DNA of 51,799 nucleotides from NCBI GenBank assembly GCA_017608405.1, contig JAFCFX010000003.1, forward strand, positions 1 to 51,799, written 5' to 3'. Below the pieces are notes generated by a model that worked only from the letters and a program-made list of their open reading frames with translations, did not search any database and was not told where the DNA came from. Below are positions 51,358 to 51,799 of this stretch, piece by piece. Numbering within the stretch: position 1 is the first letter of the stretch; each line of letters opens with the position of its first letter. This DNA is from Candidatus Pacearchaeota archaeon (GTDB lineage Archaea > Nanobdellota > Nanobdellia > Pacearchaeales > GW2011-AR1). A program made the translations under genes and the position numbers.

Positions 51358-51799
51358 CCTACAATGGTTAGTAACTCTTCGGAGTGAAAGTAACAGAAAT
51401 GCTTAAGGTAGCGCAATACCCTGTCGTATGAATTGCGACTTGCATGAATGGTTTAACGAGGTTGTCACTGTCCCTGATTGGAGCCTTCTGAAAATACCTT
51501 CCGGTGAAAAGGCCGGAGACGCCTAGTGGGAAGCGAAGACCTTGTGGAACTTTACTGCAACTTGTTGTTGTAATCTTAAGAGAAACGCATAGCATAAGTA
51601 GGAGCGTCGAGGCTGTCATTTCGGTGGCAGCGGAGCGAACTTGTAATACTACTCATTTTTCTTAGGATTGCTTACCATTTATGGGACAGCAGCAGGCGGG
51701 CAGTTTGACTGGGGCGGTGCCCTGTCGAAAAAATATCGATAGGACCCAAAGATAAGCTCATCCAGCTTGGAAATCTGGAGTTGAGTGCGAGGGCAAAAG

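Larger units (their letters stand above)
50253..51401 (+). mobile_element. 23S rRNA intron 2 (~1.15 kb) carrying three ORFs; boundaries +/-5 nt
   Basis: taactatgaccct (to 50252) and cttaaggtagcgcaat (from 51402) together restore the universal AACUAUAACCCUCUUAAGGUAGCG segment. Confidence 0.75.
47826..51799 (+). rRNA. rrl: 23S rRNA, 5' ~two-thirds (runs off the window), interrupted by two introns
   Basis: ggatagcttgg...gaaaggcgtggcaagctgcgataagc (5' domain), gcccgactgtttaccaaa, cagcgggggtaactatgaccct / cttaaggtagcgcaat, gggaagcgaagaccttgtggaactttactgca. The 5' end is approximate (+/-10 nt). Confidence 0.9.

Noticed and set aside
51368-51619. 83-aa minus-strand ORF
   Set aside because: It covers the conserved 23S exon (cttaaggtagcg...gggaagcgaagacc) and is spurious.
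1-51799. Search for CRISPR arrays, transposases, reverse transcriptases and long terminal or inverted repeats
   Set aside because: I saw no regularly spaced direct repeats and no cas, transposase or RT motifs. The only mobile elements I could support are the two 23S introns.

Overview
All family assignments below come from reading motifs by eye; no searches were run. The window is an AT-rich archaeal chromosome segment with DPANN-like traits. Genes are compact and often overlap. TTTATA(A/T)A boxes sit about 21-28 nt upstream of many ATGs, which suggests leaderless mRNAs. Three of the five tRNAs contain introns, and the 23S rRNA is interrupted by introns.

Layout:
- 1-10.4 kb: KamA-like radical SAM enzyme, rad50-mre11, a two-subunit 2-oxoacid:ferredoxin oxidoreductase with an extra small ORF, an Mtq2/HemK-like methyltransferase, and RNase J.
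- 11.07-11.3 kb: tRNA-Gly (with intron) and tRNA-Val.
- 11.4-21.8 kb: mostly poorly characterised genes. These include a cupin, two paralogous nucleotidyltransferases flanking the L35Ae and L10e genes, a TIM-barrel protein with a large insert, three paralogous small membrane proteins, and a 468-aa orphan.
- 22-31 kb: ABC exporter, a GluRS lacking its anticodon-binding domain, a pilin-like protein, tRNA-His followed by hisS, dCMP deaminase, a bacterial-type lytic transglycosylase, Dph6 and ScpA.
- 31.7-42.1 kb: conserved archaeal information-processing operons. These are S27ae-S24e-Spt4-(two inserted ORFs)-Rpo7-PIN; tRNA-Trp; Pop5-PsmA-SBDS-Rrp4-Rrp41-Rrp42-RpoK-enolase-S2.
- 42.1-45.65 kb: a stand-alone LigD phosphoesterase domain and a tightly packed, phage-like six-ORF cassette.
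- 45.9 kb to the end: a 16S - tRNA-Ala (with intron) - 23S operon.

The most unusual items:
- A ~1.15-kb 23S intron that carries a LAGLIDADG gene plus a two-ORF mini-cassette with its own promoter and palindromic operator.
- The phage-like nucleotide-metabolism cassette next to the rRNA promoter.
- A perfect 37-bp tandem duplication in the conserved core of the 16S gene.
- A murein lytic transglycosylase in an archaeon.
- A truncated GluRS.

No CRISPR array, transposase or reverse transcriptase was seen.
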